The position numbers and the translations under genes are program-made. From Bacillus subtilis subsp. subtilis str. 168 (GTDB taxonomy: Bacteria; Bacillota; Bacilli; Bacillales; Bacillaceae), in assembly GCF_000009045.1 (NCBI RefSeq), contig NC_000964.3, positions 930,001 to 994,000 on the forward strand: 64,000 nucleotides of DNA, given 5' to 3'. Within the stretch, counting starts at the first letter, position 1. Each line of letters starts with the position of its first letter. Below the pieces are notes generated by a model that ran no database searches, was not told where the DNA came from, and saw only the letters and a list, made by a program, of their open reading frames with translations. Positions 47,102 to 56,985 of this stretch are shown here, piece by piece.

Positions 47102-47734
47102 ATGAACAGAGGACGTTTAATTCTGACCAACATTATCGGTTTGATTGTTGTTCTTGCAATTATAGCTGGAGGTGCTTACTACTATTATCAAAGCACAAAC
47201 TACGTAAAAACAGATGAAGCAAAAGTAGCGGGCGATATGGCTGCTATTACTGCTCCAGCAGCAGGTAAAGTATCTGACTGGGATCTGGACGAAGGAAAAA
47301 CAGTGAAAAAAGGCGACACAGTTGCAAAAATCAAAGGTGAACAAACTGTTGACGTAAAATCCATTATGGATGGCACAATTGTGAAAAACGAAGTGAAAAA
47401 CGGACAAACCGTACAAGCTGGTACAACAATTGCACAAACGATTGACATGGACAACCTATACATCACAGCAAATATTAAAGAAACAGATATTGCGGATATT
47501 GAAGTAGGAAATAGTGTAGACGTAGTAGTTGACGGAGACCCTGATACTACATTTGACGGTACTGTAGAAGAAATTGGTTATGCGACTAACTCAACTTTTG
47601 ATATGCTTCCTTCTACAAATTCAAGCGGAAACTACACAAAAGTAACACAAAAAGTTCCTGTGAAAATTTCAATCAAAAACCCATCTGATAAGGTGCTTCC
47701 TGGAATGAATGCATCTGTTAAAATTTCTGAGTAA
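47102..47734 (+). CDS. yhbJ: EmrA/HlyD-like adaptor protein (short)
   Basis: 210 aa from the ATG at 47102 (SD AAAGGAG); N-terminal TM, lipoyl-like halves, NYTKVTQKVPVKI and LPGMNA motifs. Confidence 0.88.
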   Translation: MNRGRLILTNIIGLIVVLAIIAGGAYYYYQSTNYVKTDEAKVAGDMAAITAPAAGKVSDWDLDEGKTVKKGDTVAKIKGEQTVDVKSIMDGTIVKNEVKNGQTVQAGTTIAQTIDMDNLYITANIKETDIADIEVGNSVDVVVDGDPDTTFDGTVEEIGYATNSTFDMLPSTNSSGNYTKVTQKVPVKISIKNPSDKVLPGMNASVKISE

Positions 47735-47774
47735 AACAGATCAGTCATCAAACCATGAAAGGAGGTTGTCTTAG

Positions 47775-49373
47775 ATGGCTACAGGCAAAGAAAAAAATGC
47801 AAAAAACCCTATGTCATTGCTGATTGTGCTAATGGCGGGTTTATTTTTGGCAATTCTAAACCAAACACTGCTTAATGTTGCAATGCCGCACTTAATGACT
47901 GAATTTGGCGTAAGTGCAACGACGATTCAGTGGCTGACAACAGGTTACATGCTTGTTAACGGTGTATTGATTCCGTTATCTGCTTTCCTGATTACACGAT
48001 TTGGCCAGCGGAGTCTCTTTCTCGTCGCGATGTTTTGTTTTACGCTCGGTACGTTAGTCTGCGGTATCGCACCTAACTTCTCTACAATGCTGATCGGCCG
48101 TTTGATTCAGGCCGTGGGCGGAGGTATCTTGCAGCCGCTCGTTATGACAACCATTCTGTTAATTTTCCCGCCTGAAAGCAGGGGGAAAGGAATGGGGATT
48201 TTCGGGCTAGCGATGATGTTTGCTCCAGCGGTCGGCCCGACTCTTTCCGGGTGGATTATTGAGCATTATACATGGCGCATTATGTTTTACGGACTTGTGC
48301 CGATCGGCGCAATTGTTATCATTGTGGCTTTCTTCATCTTTAAAAATATGGTGGAGCCGCAAAAAATCAAACTCGATACTCTTGGCGCAATCCTCTCGAT
48401 TGTCGGATTCGCCTCCTTATTATACGGAGTCAGTGAAGCCGGATCTGACGGCTGGACCGACCCGATTGTATTGTCTACAGTTATTATCGGAGCCATTGCA
48501 ATTGTTGCTTTTGTTGTTCAGCAATTGCGTCATGATGATCCGATGCTTGATTTCAGAGTGTTTAAATATGACATTTTCTCACTCTCGAGTGTCATTAATA
48601 TCATTATTACAGTGGCACTTTACACTGGTATGTTCCTTTTACCGATTTATCTGCAAAACCTGGTCGGCTTTACGGCGCTTCAATCCGGTCTGCTTCTGCT
48701 TCCGGGTGCGATCGTTATGCTGATTATGTCACCGATCTCAGGTATTTTGTTCGATAAATTCGGACCGAGACCGCTTGCGATTATCGGGCTTCTCGTGACA
48801 GTGGTAACAACGTATCAATACACGCAATTGACAATTGATACACCATATACACACATCATGCTGATCTATTCAATTCGTGCATTTGGTATGTCTCTCTTAA
48901 TGATGCCAGTCATGACAGCCGGGATGAACCAGCTTCCTGCCCGTCTGAACAGCCACGGAACGGCGATGAGTAACACGCTTCGCCAAATCAGCGGATCAAT
49001 CGGAACAAGTTTAATTACGACGATTTATACAAACCGGACGACATTCCATTATTCACAAATTGCAGATAAAACAAGCACGGCGGACCCGAACTTCCTCCAT
49101 GCGTTCCAAAATGCAGTTTCGAATTTAATGGTGAATATGAATGTGTCTTATGATACGGCGAAAACATATGTGTACTCACATATTTATAAACACGCATCAC
49201 TCGATTCCAATGTCATGGGGATAAATGATGCCTTTATGTGGGCAACCTTATTCTGTGTAGCAGGTTTGATTTTAAGTATCTTCCTGCGTGACGTCAGAAA
49301 AGATAAATTGCGTAAGAAGAAAAAAGAGGAGCTTTCATTACTTCCTGCTCCAAAAGAAGCTAAGGAATCTTAA
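47775..49373 (+). CDS. yhcA: DHA2/EmrB-family MFS efflux pump
   Basis: 532 aa with 14 TM segments; LNQTLLNVAMP and GPTLSGW motifs. Confidence 0.93.
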   Translation: MATGKEKNAKNPMSLLIVLMAGLFLAILNQTLLNVAMPHLMTEFGVSATTIQWLTTGYMLVNGVLIPLSAFLITRFGQRSLFLVAMFCFTLGTLVCGIAPNFSTMLIGRLIQAVGGGILQPLVMTTILLIFPPESRGKGMGIFGLAMMFAPAVGPTLSGWIIEHYTWRIMFYGLVPIGAIVIIVAFFIFKNMVEPQKIKLDTLGAILSIVGFASLLYGVSEAGSDGWTDPIVLSTVIIGAIAIVAFVVQQLRHDDPMLDFRVFKYDIFSLSSVINIIITVALYTGMFLLPIYLQNLVGFTALQSGLLLLPGAIVMLIMSPISGILFDKFGPRPLAIIGLLVTVVTTYQYTQLTIDTPYTHIMLIYSIRAFGMSLLMMPVMTAGMNQLPARLNSHGTAMSNTLRQISGSIGTSLITTIYTNRTTFHYSQIADKTSTADPNFLHAFQNAVSNLMVNMNVSYDTAKTYVYSHIYKHASLDSNVMGINDAFMWATLFCVAGLILSIFLRDVRKDKLRKKKKEELSLLPAPKEAKES

Positions 49374-49395
49374 TCTGTACAGGGAGGTTTCCTGA

Positions 49396-49926
49396 ATGAA
49401 AATTTATGTAGTGTATGATAGTGAAGGCGAACATACTAAAGTGCTTGCAGAAGCGATTGCTGAAGGCGCGAGAGAAAACGACGCGGCTGAAGTGTTCATC
49501 GACCATGTAGATCAGGCTGATATCCGCAAGCTTAAAGATATGGATGCGATTATTTGGGGATGCCCAGGGCATTTCGGAACAATCAGCTCCGGTCTTAAAA
49601 CTTGGATCGACAGACTTGGCTACTTGTGGGCTGAAGGCGAGCTGATCAACAAAGTCGGTGCTGTCTTCTGCACAACGGCAACAACACACGGCGGCTTGGA
49701 AATGACAATGCACAATTTAATCACGCCGATGTTCCACCAAGGCATGATTGTTGTCGGACTGCCTGGCAACGTGCCTGAAAACGCACTTTATGGCTCTTAT
49801 TACGGAGCAGGTGTCACTTGTCCGGTAGACAGTGATGAGTTAATGTCTGAGGAAGGTATTCAGCTTGGACGCGCGTTGGGAAGACGTGTCAGCCAAGTCA
49901 CAGGAAACCTAACAGCAGGACAGTAA
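49396..49926 (+). CDS. yhcB: WrbA-like flavodoxin / NAD(P)H quinone oxidoreductase
   Basis: 176 aa; [21 protein letters not shown] and YYGAG motifs. Confidence 0.88.
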
Positions 49927-49938
49927 GGAGAGGTTGAA

Positions 49939-50313
49939 ATGGCCATTATTATAGCAATAATTGCTGCTGTCATTGTCATTGCGGCCCTTATTACATTTAA
50001 CGTCCGCAACGCCTCACCTGGACCTGAGAAGCAAGAAGCAACCGATAGAATCGCACCTCCAGAAGAGGAAAAAAACGAAGCGCATTACCCTGCTGAAGCA
50101 AGGGCTGCCGAGCATACGCCATCCGTTGTCAAAAACGATTCTCCAAAAGAGAAGCGTGACACAATGGGTGATGATATTTACAGGCAGGCGCTGCAAAAGT
50201 TTAAGCATTCTGATGAAGTTCATGCAGAAGAAGAGGTCACTGAGGAAAGTGACAAAATGCAGGACCGCAGCTATCGTGATGCGCTGCTCTCTATGAAAAA
50301 TAAGAAAAAGTAA
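49939..50313 (+). CDS. yhcC: membrane-anchored acidic protein
   Basis: 124 aa with an N-terminal TM helix; SD AAGGAGAGG. Confidence 0.8.
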   Translation: MAIIIAIIAAVIVIAALITFNVRNASPGPEKQEATDRIAPPEEEKNEAHYPAEARAAEHTPSVVKNDSPKEKRDTMGDDIYRQALQKFKHSDEVHAEEEVTEESDKMQDRSYRDALLSMKNKKK

Positions 50314-50315
50314 TG

Positions 50316-50356
50316 AAAAAGGCAAATCCGTTTACTCATGCGGGTTTGCCTTTTTT
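50316..50356 (+). terminator. terminator after yhcC
   Basis: AAAAAGGCAAATCCG...CGGGTTTGCCTTTTTT. Confidence 0.8.
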
Positions 50357-50472
50357 GCTGTTTCCATCAATTATGTTTTTATCAAATAAATCCATGGAAT
50401 ATGTTGTATTCCACCTTGATCTAGTGTACTATGTTACTCATACACCGAGGATTTTTTCCGGGAGGTAAAGAC

Positions 50473-51234
50473 ATGAATTCTTTTTTAGGTTTATTAAAGA
50501 AAGATATCAAGCTTTCAAGAATGTGGCTGCTAGTATGGATATGCGGAATCATTTTCTTATTGGGAACAGGCCATATTATAGCTTCTCGCACGAAAGAACC
50601 TCTAGTCATTTTTGGTTTTTTTGTTGCAGTTGCTTTTTTTCTGCTTTTCTTATCTCCTGTTTTTGTTTTTTATCACCTTCGCAAGGAAGGGAAATCACAG
50701 CTTTGGCTGTACAATCCAAATGGCGGCTTATGGCTGTTTTCTTCTAAATTGGCAGCATCTTTGCTCTATCAATTTGTGATTCAGTTGGCATTAACAGCCT
50801 ATGGCATATGGATGTATCATATGCTCTCTGTAAAAAATCTGCTGGAGCATCAAGTTGATATAACGAGTACAGTGGCTTTGCTGAATATGTATGGGCTTAT
50901 TTCTTCGTTAGATATGTCAGTAACAGTCATTGTGTTTTGGACTGTTTTTCACTCTCTCAGAAATTGGCGCGGAATGCGGTGGGCTGCGATGGTTCTGTTG
51001 GTCGCAATGTGGTTATTCTTCGATGAATACATCATAAGCCCTTTGGTTGAATCTCAAAAGCATTTCTGGCCTGTAACAGTCTATTGCAATTTTGATTTCC
51101 ACTTCCACAATGTTTGGAGATTGGAACTAAAACCTATCCATCTGTCTGTGCTAGGGTTTCCTATTGCTATAGTCATCACATTCTTGCTGCTCATCATGGC
51201 TTCAAAACTGCTTGATCGTAAAGTAGAGGTGTAA
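50473..51234 (+). CDS. yhcE: ABC-2-type membrane protein
   Basis: 253 aa with 6 TM segments; SD GGGAGG. Confidence 0.85.
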   Translation: MNSFLGLLKKDIKLSRMWLLVWICGIIFLLGTGHIIASRTKEPLVIFGFFVAVAFFLLFLSPVFVFYHLRKEGKSQLWLYNPNGGLWLFSSKLAASLLYQFVIQLALTAYGIWMYHMLSVKNLLEHQVDITSTVALLNMYGLISSLDMSVTVIVFWTVFHSLRNWRGMRWAAMVLLVAMWLFFDEYIISPLVESQKHFWPVTVYCNFDFHFHNVWRLELKPIHLSVLGFPIAIVITFLLLIMASKLLDRKVEV

Positions 51235-51236
51235 AT

Positions 51237-51602
51237 ATGGACAATCAATTCCAATCCTCGAAACCGATTTATCTGCAGATCGCTGATCAGATCTTTTATA
51301 GGCTGGTCAGGAAGGAGCTGCTCCCAGGAGACAAGCTTCCTTCAGTAAGAGAAATGGCGATTCAAACTAAAGTAAATCCCAATACAATTCAAAGAACTTA
51401 CAGTGAGATGGAAAGGCTGGGTATTGTGGAGACAAGAAGAGGTCAAGGGACGTTTATTGCGGAAAAAGCAGAAATCGTAGACGAGCTGAAAGACAAGCTG
51501 ACACGAGAGGTGCTGGAAGGCTTTGTCAAGCAAATGAAAGAGCTGGGGCTAACGAAAGAAGAAATGTTAGAAGGGATTAAAACATTCACAGAGGGAGGCT
51601 AA
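51237..51602 (+). CDS. yhcF: GntR (YtrA subfamily) regulator
   Basis: 121 aa; PIYLQI, KLPSVRE and VNPNTIQR motifs. Confidence 0.93.
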
Positions 51603-51603
51603 A

Positions 51604-52302
51604 ATGGAAATCAAGCTAGAACATGTATCAAAAAAATACGGCCGCCATACGGCCGTCAATGATGTGTCAATCACCCTATCATCCGGACGGATTTATGGCC
51701 TGATTGGACCGAACGGCAGCGGCAAGTCAACGACCCTGAAAATGATGGCTGGCCTTCTGTTTCCGACTTCAGGATTTGTAAAAGTTGATGAAGAGCAGGT
51801 TACGAGAGAAATGGTGCGTCAAACGGCTTATCTTACTGAGCTTGATATGTTTTATCCGCATTTCACTGTTAAAGATATGGTGAATTTTTATCAGTCGCAG
51901 TTTCCTGATTTTCATACAGAACAGGTTTATAAGCTATTGAATGAGATGCAGCTGAATCCGGAAAAAAAGATCAAAAAGCTATCAAAAGGAAATCGGGGCA
52001 GGCTGAAAATCGTTCTTGCTTTAGCGAGACGGGCAGACGTCATCTTGCTTGATGAACCTTTTTCCGGGCTTGATCCGATGGTCAGGGATTCCATCGTAAA
52101 CAGCCTTGTGTCGTACATTGATTTTGAGCAGCAGATTGTCGTGATCGCGACACATGAAATTGATGAAATTGAGACTTTGTTAGATGAAGTAATCATCCTC
52201 GCCAATGGAGAAAAAGTTGCGCAGCGTGAAGTAGAAGATATTCGTGAACAGGAAGGCATGTCTGTTTTGCAATGGTTTAAATCAAAAATGGAAGTTTGCT
52301 AG
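51604..52302 (+). CDS. yhcG: ABC transporter ATPase
   Basis: 232 aa; [23 protein letters not shown]. Confidence 0.93.
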
Positions 52303-52315
52303 AAAGAGGAGGAAT

Positions 52316-53236
52316 ATGATGAAAACAGTGTTGGAATTGAAAAACGTGACTAAAAACATCAGAGGCCGAACGATCATTGATGATCTCAGTTTTACGATTC
52401 GTGAAGGCGAGGTATTCGGTTTTTTAGGACCAAACGGAGCGGGGAAAACGACAACCATCCGGATGATGGTGGGGTTAATGAAGCTGTCGAAAGGTGATGT
52501 CCTCATTTGCGGCCAATCAATTACGAAAGAATATGCCAAGGCGATTAAGCATATCGGAGCGATCGTTGAGAATCCCGAGCTGTATAAATTTTTGAGCGGA
52601 TATAAAAATCTCCAGCAATTCGCAAGGATGGTCAAGGGTGTCACGAAGGAAAAAATTGATGAAGTTGTTGAACTGGTCGGTTTAACAGACAGAATCCACG
52701 ACAAGGTGAAAACATATTCTCTGGGGATGAGACAGCGTCTTGGCTTGGCACAATGCCTTCTGCACGATCCGAAAGTGCTGATTTTGGATGAACCGACAAA
52801 CGGCCTTGATCCGGCGGGGATCAGAGAAATCAGAGATCATTTAAAGAAGCTGACCCGAGAAAGAGGAATGGCTGTCATCGTTTCAAGCCACCTGCTGTCA
52901 GAAATGGAACTGATGTGTGATCGAATTGCGATTCTGCAAAAAGGAAAGCTGATCGATATTCAAAATGTAAAAGATGAAAACATTGATGAGAATGATACAT
53001 ATTTCTTCCAGGTTGAGCAGCCGAGTGAAGCCGCTACTGTTTTAAATCAGTACGATTTGCTGAGTAAGACAAATGGTGTAGAAATCAAACTGGCTAAAGA
53101 GGAAGTCCCTGCGGTTATTGAATTGCTGGTGATGCAGCAAATCCGTATTTATGAGGTCAAGGTCATAACAAAATCATTAGAGGACCGTTTCTTAGAAATG
53201 ACAGGTGAAACAAAAGAGGAGGTTCAGCATGCTTAA
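52316..53236 (+). CDS. yhcH: ABC transporter ATPase (BcrA-like)
   Basis: About 305 aa; GPNGAGKT, YSLGMRQR, LDEPTNGLD. Confidence 0.93.
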   Translation: MMKTVLELKNVTKNIRGRTIIDDLSFTIREGEVFGFLGPNGAGKTTTIRMMVGLMKLSKGDVLICGQSITKEYAKAIKHIGAIVENPELYKFLSGYKNLQQFARMVKGVTKEKIDEVVELVGLTDRIHDKVKTYSLGMRQRLGLAQCLLHDPKVLILDEPTNGLDPAGIREIRDHLKKLTRERGMAVIVSSHLLSEMELMCDRIAILQKGKLIDIQNVKDENIDENDTYFFQVEQPSEAATVLNQYDLLSKTNGVEIKLAKEEVPAVIELLVMQQIRIYEVKVITKSLEDRFLEMTGETKEEVQHA

Positions 53237-54170
53237 TTTGATTTATAATGAGTGGCTCAAAATTTTCAGCCGTGCCGGAACATGGGTGATGATCGGAATT
53301 CTGGGGCTGACAATGGTTGGATTTGCATTTTTGGCGAATCATTTTTCTGCCGGTGAATCAAATTCCCATTGGAAACAAGAGCTTCAAGCACAAAACGCCG
53401 AATTAAAGAAAGAAATCAAAGAAGATCCTTCACTGAAAGATGGGTATAAAGAAACAATCACACTCAATGACTATCGCATCGAGCATAATATCCCTAGTGA
53501 CACGGGCTATACGGTATGGTCTTATGTAACGGATTCAGCAAACTTTACCATCCTTACCGGTCTGTTTACTATTATCATCGCGGCCGGAATTGTCGCGAAC
53601 GAATTTAATTGGGGAACGATTAAGCTATTAATGATTCGGCCGCTCAGTCGTTTTCAAATTTTGATGTCCAAATATATTACAGTTCTCCTGTTTGGGCTCC
53701 TGTTGCTGTTGATTTTATTTATCGGTTCTACTTTATTAGGGTTGATCTTCTTCGGAACGGGTGGTGAAACCGCCGCGAATATTCATTTAATCTATAAGGA
53801 TGGCCATGTCATTGAGCAAAACATGATGGGGCATTTGGCTACAACGTATCTTTCTGAATCCGTCTCGGCTTTAATGGTGGCGACGATGGCGTTTATGCTG
53901 TCTGCGGTATTCAGAAACAGCTCTCTTGCGGTTGGTTTTTCCATCTTCTTGTTGGTTGCCGGTACGACTGCAACTGCATTTATTGCAGCGAAATTTGACT
54001 GGGCAAAGTATATATTGTTTGCTAATGTCGACTTGACTCAGTATGTGGATGGCACACCGTTAATAAAAGGGATGACTATGACGTTTTCTCTCGTCATGCT
54101 GGCGATCTACTTTATCATCTTCCTGTTGCTTGCTTTCGGAATCTTCATGAAGCGGGATATTGCAAACTAA
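53229..54170 (+). CDS. yhcI: ABC-2 permease
   Basis: 313 aa; EFNWGTIK motif, 6 TM segments. Confidence 0.9.
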   Translation: MLNLIYNEWLKIFSRAGTWVMIGILGLTMVGFAFLANHFSAGESNSHWKQELQAQNAELKKEIKEDPSLKDGYKETITLNDYRIEHNIPSDTGYTVWSYVTDSANFTILTGLFTIIIAAGIVANEFNWGTIKLLMIRPLSRFQILMSKYITVLLFGLLLLLILFIGSTLLGLIFFGTGGETAANIHLIYKDGHVIEQNMMGHLATTYLSESVSALMVATMAFMLSAVFRNSSLAVGFSIFLLVAGTTATAFIAAKFDWAKYILFANVDLTQYVDGTPLIKGMTMTFSLVMLAIYFIIFLLLAFGIFMKRDIAN

Positions 54171-54261
54171 TAAAAAAAGCTGTTTTGCTTATGCAAAACA
54201 GCTTTTTTGTCAAAATAAAAACTGCAGGTTTGCACCTGCAGTTTTTCATATCAATTTATGC

Positions 54262-54582
<321 letters not shown>

Positions 54583-54590
54583 TTACCTTT

Positions 54591-54619
54591 ACTCTACCAG
54601 TAATCTTCAGAAAAAACAA
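54591..54619 (-). promoter_or_regulatory. cspB SigA promoter (long 5' UTR follows)
   Basis: Minus strand TTGTTT-N17-TAGAGT. Confidence 0.65.
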
Positions 54620-54900
54620 CTGCTTATTGAAATTTTTTTCGGAAAATACCATATTTATTTTTCAATTTGATATTTATTTACGGAAATTCATCTGTTTTCT
54701 CGATATGTGATCATACGTTTGCCTTAGTATTCCTTCATTTTGGGAAGATAAGTAATAGGAATTGACAACCTTATTGGATATGAGTAAGGTAAAAGTTAAT
54801 CAATATTACAAATGACAACGTTTATCAACTAAGAGAGCGTATGATTTTTATGTCTGATATTGCTTGCATGCTCTAATACATAGATAGGAGTATGGTCACA

Positions 54901-55731
54901 ATGAAAAAGTGGCTTATATGCAGTTTCGTCCTTGTTCTTCTCGTTTCATTTACTGCATGTTCACCGTCTGCAGAACATGAATCGATAAAAATCGGGATTG
55001 CTGAGTCTGACGGGGCAATATGGAACTATATTGCTCAAAAGGCTGAAGAGGCAGGGCTGGATATTCAGCTGATCCCTTTTTCTGATTATGCGGAGTCTGA
55101 TATCGCACTTGCTAACAAAGAAATTGATGCCAACGCCTTTCAAACCATTTCATATTTTCAGTCGTTCACTGAAAAATACAAACTTAATTTGGCACCGCTC
55201 GGGACGACATACATAACGCCCATGGGCATTTATTCAAAACGATATGAACGAATCCGAGATATATCGCGGGGAGCTGTCGTTTCTGTTCCGGATAAAGCGT
55301 TCGATTTTGGCAGGGCGCTTACGGTGCTCCAGGAAGCGGGTTTGCTAACGCTGAAAAACGGATTTAACGGAACAGGTTCAGTTGATATGATTAAAGATAA
55401 TCCGAGACACCTGAAATTAAAAGCTGTCCGGCAACAGGATGCAGTGAGCGGTGCCGACGTGTTTGTCATGAAACCATCAGAAGCAAAAAAAGCGGGCTTG
55501 AACCCGAAAAAGCATACGCTAAAGAGCGGCGGACTCATGTCTGAGGAAGAGATGAATTTGATTGTTGTCAGAGCGGAGGATCAAGATCGGGAAGCGCTGC
55601 AAACCATTCTTGAGCTTTATCAAGCTGATGATACAGCGGCATTTATAGAAAAAGAATATCAGGGAGATCTTGTCCCGGCTTTTCTGCCTTTGAAACGTCT
55701 TTCAGATTGGAAGAATGAATTCGAACATTGA
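54901..55731 (+). CDS. yhcJ: MetQ/NlpA-family substrate-binding lipoprotein (orphan)
   Basis: Lipobox FTA-C; EIDANAFQT, PMGIYSK and GRALTVLQEAGL motifs. Confidence 0.88.
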   Translation: MKKWLICSFVLVLLVSFTACSPSAEHESIKIGIAESDGAIWNYIAQKAEEAGLDIQLIPFSDYAESDIALANKEIDANAFQTISYFQSFTEKYKLNLAPLGTTYITPMGIYSKRYERIRDISRGAVVSVPDKAFDFGRALTVLQEAGLLTLKNGFNGTGSVDMIKDNPRHLKLKAVRQQDAVSGADVFVMKPSEAKKAGLNPKKHTLKSGGLMSEEEMNLIVVRAEDQDREALQTILELYQADDTAAFIEKEYQGDLVPAFLPLKRLSDWKNEFEH

Positions 55732-55733
55732 AT

Positions 55734-56813
55734 TCATTCTTTTTTTTCTGAAAAACACACTCTGTTCCGTCCCGTTTCTTTCGCTTTGTAAAGCATTTGA
55801 TCGGCAAGAATGGGCAAGGATCCTGGCTGTTCCGTATTATTGGGGTAATGAGCGGCCCCTAGTGATATCGTAACTGAAAGCTCGTCGCCGTTTGTTAATA
55901 CAATCGGTGCATCACTTACAGTGCTCCTGATCCGTTCAGCGATCCGGGCTGCTTTATCAAGAGAACAGTTCGGCAGGAGCACGGCAAATTCTTCACCGCC
56001 GATCCGAGCGGCAGGATCAGTATTTCGGATGGTCTGCTTCAGACGTAACCCTAGCTCTTTGAGCACCTGATCTCCTTCATGATGGCCATATTGGTCATTG
56101 ATGGTCTTAAAATGATCGATATCCATATAAATCAGTGCAAATTGAAAATGCGGGGTATCGGCCGCCTGCTGATACAGAGCTTTTGTGGTTTCTTCAAATT
56201 TTCTTCGGTTATACACGCCTGTTAAAAAGTCAAAGTGCGCCTGAAACTTATATTGTTTAAAAAGAAGATGTGCATTTGTTTCATGATCAATAATATATAA
56301 ACTGAGCATGCCGCCCGCTATTGATATGATCCAAAAATACAAATGAAGTTCGTATGAATGTAAATCTATAAGAAAATAAAAGGAAAAGGAGATCAAGCTA
56401 TTTGTGATTATTAAAAGATAGAAAGCATGTTTTAGTTGAACTTTTTTTCTTCTAGAAACAATGAGTGACGGAATGGCAGCGATACAAATGATAATAACCG
56501 AGTATAGTGCAGATGTGTTCATCGTAATCAGCAAGCGGCCTGCAGTGATCATGGCCAGGGCCGTTGCCGTTGAAACCCAGCCTCCATAAAGAGCGGCAAT
56601 CATAATAGGGATATTTCGAAGATCAATAATTGAATGCTGATAGGTAAATCCAAAAACCATCAGAATAACCCCGAGCAAACCGCAGGCCAGTCCTTTAACA
56701 GCTTGAAAGGATATGCTGTCTTTTTTATGTACTAGCCTTTCTTTAAACAGGTGGGTGAAGAGATAATTAAATGTGATTAAAATGGTCAAATTTACAAACA
56801 GTTCTTTCAGCAA
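55734..56813 (-). CDS. dgcK: membrane diguanylate cyclase (5TM-LYT + GGDEF)
   Basis: 359 aa; DFLTGVYNRR, DIDHFKTINDQYGH and GGEEF motifs; also known as yhcK. Confidence 0.95.
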   Translation of the reverse strand: MLKELFVNLTILITFNYLFTHLFKERLVHKKDSISFQAVKGLACGLLGVILMVFGFTYQHSIIDLRNIPIMIAALYGGWVSTATALAMITAGRLLITMNTSALYSVIIICIAAIPSLIVSRRKKVQLKHAFYLLIITNSLISFSFYFLIDLHSYELHLYFWIISIAGGMLSLYIIDHETNAHLLFKQYKFQAHFDFLTGVYNRRKFEETTKALYQQAADTPHFQFALIYMDIDHFKTINDQYGHHEGDQVLKELGLRLKQTIRNTDPAARIGGEEFAVLLPNCSLDKAARIAERIRSTVSDAPIVLTNGDELSVTISLGAAHYPNNTEQPGSLPILADQMLYKAKETGRNRVCFSEKKE

Positions 56814-56912
56814 ATATTATCACCCTTATATAAGGTACTAAAGATGGAAGGGAAAGAAAAGAACAAAAAAGGCATTATATAAGGTTTTTTTACTTGAATT
56901 GATAAGTTAAAA

Positions 56913-56951
56913 TAATTCGCACTTGACCCATCGGAATTAGTGTAATATAGT
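56913..56951 (+). promoter_or_regulatory. tcyP SigA promoter with a 27-bp imperfect palindrome (candidate CymR operator)
   Basis: TTGACC(56923)-N17-TATAGT(56946); TAATTCGCACTTGACCCATCGGAATTA is centred on the -35. Confidence 0.7.
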
Positions 56952-56985
56952 AAATGAGAAAATTTGAAGGGAGAGTTTACCTGCT

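Noticed and set aside
50313-50468. 51-codon ORF known as yhcD (MKKANPFTHAGL...)
   Set aside because: It has no separate SD and consists of a terminator hairpin, a promoter and an operator-like dyad; it is more likely regulatory DNA than a gene.
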